From assembly GCF_056712565.1 (NCBI RefSeq), contig NZ_CM160072.1: a DNA stretch of 64,000 nt; one strand, given 5' to 3'. This document shows, piece after piece, positions 62,433 to 64,000 of the stretch; within the stretch, counting starts at the first letter, position 1; the number at the start of each line of letters is the position of its first letter. The position numbers were made by a program, and so were the translations under genes. The notes below the pieces were generated by a model. It did not search any database, had not been told where the DNA came from, and saw only the letters and a program-made list of their open reading frames with translations.

Positions 62433-64000
62433 GCCTCGTCCCTCCATGGTAGTCGTAACGTTATTCGGGTGTAACTATCAGGCTCACAGGCGACGCTTAT
62501 CCCATAGTCATCGCCAAACCGTTCACGTAAACGCTTATCCACCAGATTCATCCCCAGCCCACTGGCATTGGTTACCGGTTGATACAAACCGGCATTGTCT
62601 TCGATCTCCAGCATCAAATGTTGCCCCTCACGTCGGGCGCTGATTGCCACTCGCCCTGTATCCAACAGTTGTGATGTCCCATGTTTAATGGCGTTTTCCA
62701 CTATCGGTTGCAGGGTAAACGCGGGCAATTGCTGCTGGGATAATTCTTGCGGAATAGCAATGTTGACCTGCAACCGCGACTGGAAGCGCGCCTTTTCAAT
62801 TTGCAGATAAGCGTTCACATGTTCAATTTCGTCGGCGAGAGTAACAAACTCCGAAGGCCGCTTTAAGTTTTTGCGGAAAAAAGTAGAAAGATACTGCACC
62901 AGCTGGCTGGCCTGTTCGCTGTCGCGGCGGATCACCGCTTTAATGGTGTTAAGCGCATTAAACAAAAAATGGGGATTCACCTGGGCGTGAAGCAGTTTGA
63001 TCTCTGACTGGGTGAGCATCGCTTTTTGCCGCTCATATTGCCCGGCGAGGATCTGCGCCGAAAGCAGTTGCGCAATCCCCTCGCCCAGCGTGCGGTTGAT
63101 TGAACTGAATAAACGGTTTTTGGCTTCATACAATTTGATGGTACCCATCACTCGCTGATTTTCACCACGCAACGGAATGACCAGCGTCGACCCCAGTTTG
63201 CATTGCGGATGCAAAGAGCAACGGTAAGGCACTTCGTTGCCATCAGCGTAGACCACTTCACCGGTTTCAATCGCTTTTAAAGTATAAGTCGAAGAAATTG
63301 GTTTGCCGGGTAAATGGTGGTCGTCACCAATTCCGGTAAAGGCCAGCAATTTCTCTCGATCGGTAATCGCGACTGCACCAATATCCAGCTCCTGATACAG
63401 CACCTGTGCCACTTTCATGCTGTTCACTTCGTTAAACCCCTGGCGCAAAATGCCTTCCGTCGAGGCCGCCACTTTCAGCGCAGTGGCAGAAAAAGCCGAA
63501 GTGTATTTTTCAAACATCGCGCGTTTATCGAGCAATATACGCATAAACAGTGCCGCGCCGACGGTATTGGTGACCATCATTGGCGCAGCAATATTACTCA
63601 CCAGACGCACCGCATCTTCATAAGGTCGGGCGATCGCCAGGATGATCAACATTTGCACCATTTCAGCGACGAACGTGACGGCACCGGCGGTAATGGGGTT
63701 AAAGACTTTATCAGTGCGCCCGCGACGGATCAGGATGCTGTGTACCAGGCCGCCGAGCAATCCTTCAACGATGGTCGAGATCATGCAACTTAGCGCGGTC
63801 ATGCCCCCCATCGAATATCGATGTAACCCGCCGGTCAGACCAACCAGCCCACCGACGACCGGACCGCCGAGTAAGCCGCCCATTACCGCACCTATCGCAC
63901 GGGTATTGGCAATAGAATCGTCAATGTGCAACCCAAACCAGGTGCCCATGATGCAGAAGATGGAAAAGACGATGTAGCAGAGAAATTTATGCGGCAGACG
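62429..64000 (-). CDS. btsS: Sensor histidine kinase BtsS (YehU), 5' end beyond window
   Basis: Open reading frame continues in frame to window end; histidine-kinase motifs; overlaps btsR start. Confidence 0.85.

Overview
This is a 64-kb Escherichia coli chromosomal window. Positions 1-17998 are the right-hand part of a P2-type prophage in inverted orientation: tail-completion S (partial) and R, lysis cassette (lysC/lysB/lysA/K/Y), X, head genes L-M-N-O on the minus strand, terminase P and portal Q on the plus strand, the 19-nt cos site, an accessory cargo interval, then replication gene A, small early genes, B, cox, repressor C, integrase and a 27-nt att core next to yegR. The cos-to-A interval carries one strongly AT-rich 738-codon gene (9589-11805) encoding an ABC-type ATPase with a long coiled-coil insert bearing a CxxC zinc hook and a separate C-terminal domain. 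That architecture is RloC/PrrC-like, and this is the best candidate for a stand-alone anti-phage or conflict system in the window; the family assignment is from motifs only and needs a profile search. The remainder is conserved E. coli backbone: yegR, yegS, gatRDCBAZY, fbaB, yegTUVWX, thiDM with its TPP riboswitch, rcnR/rcnA/rcnB, the yehABCDE fimbrial operon, apbC, metG, an intact molR, a frameshifted yehI, a zorO/orzO-like type I toxin-antitoxin module, the yehLMPQ MoxR/VWA/SWIM cluster, yehR, yehS, btsR and partial btsS. No rRNA, tRNA, CRISPR array or IS transposase was seen. Comparisons to K-12 and to canonical P2 are from memory, not from a search.
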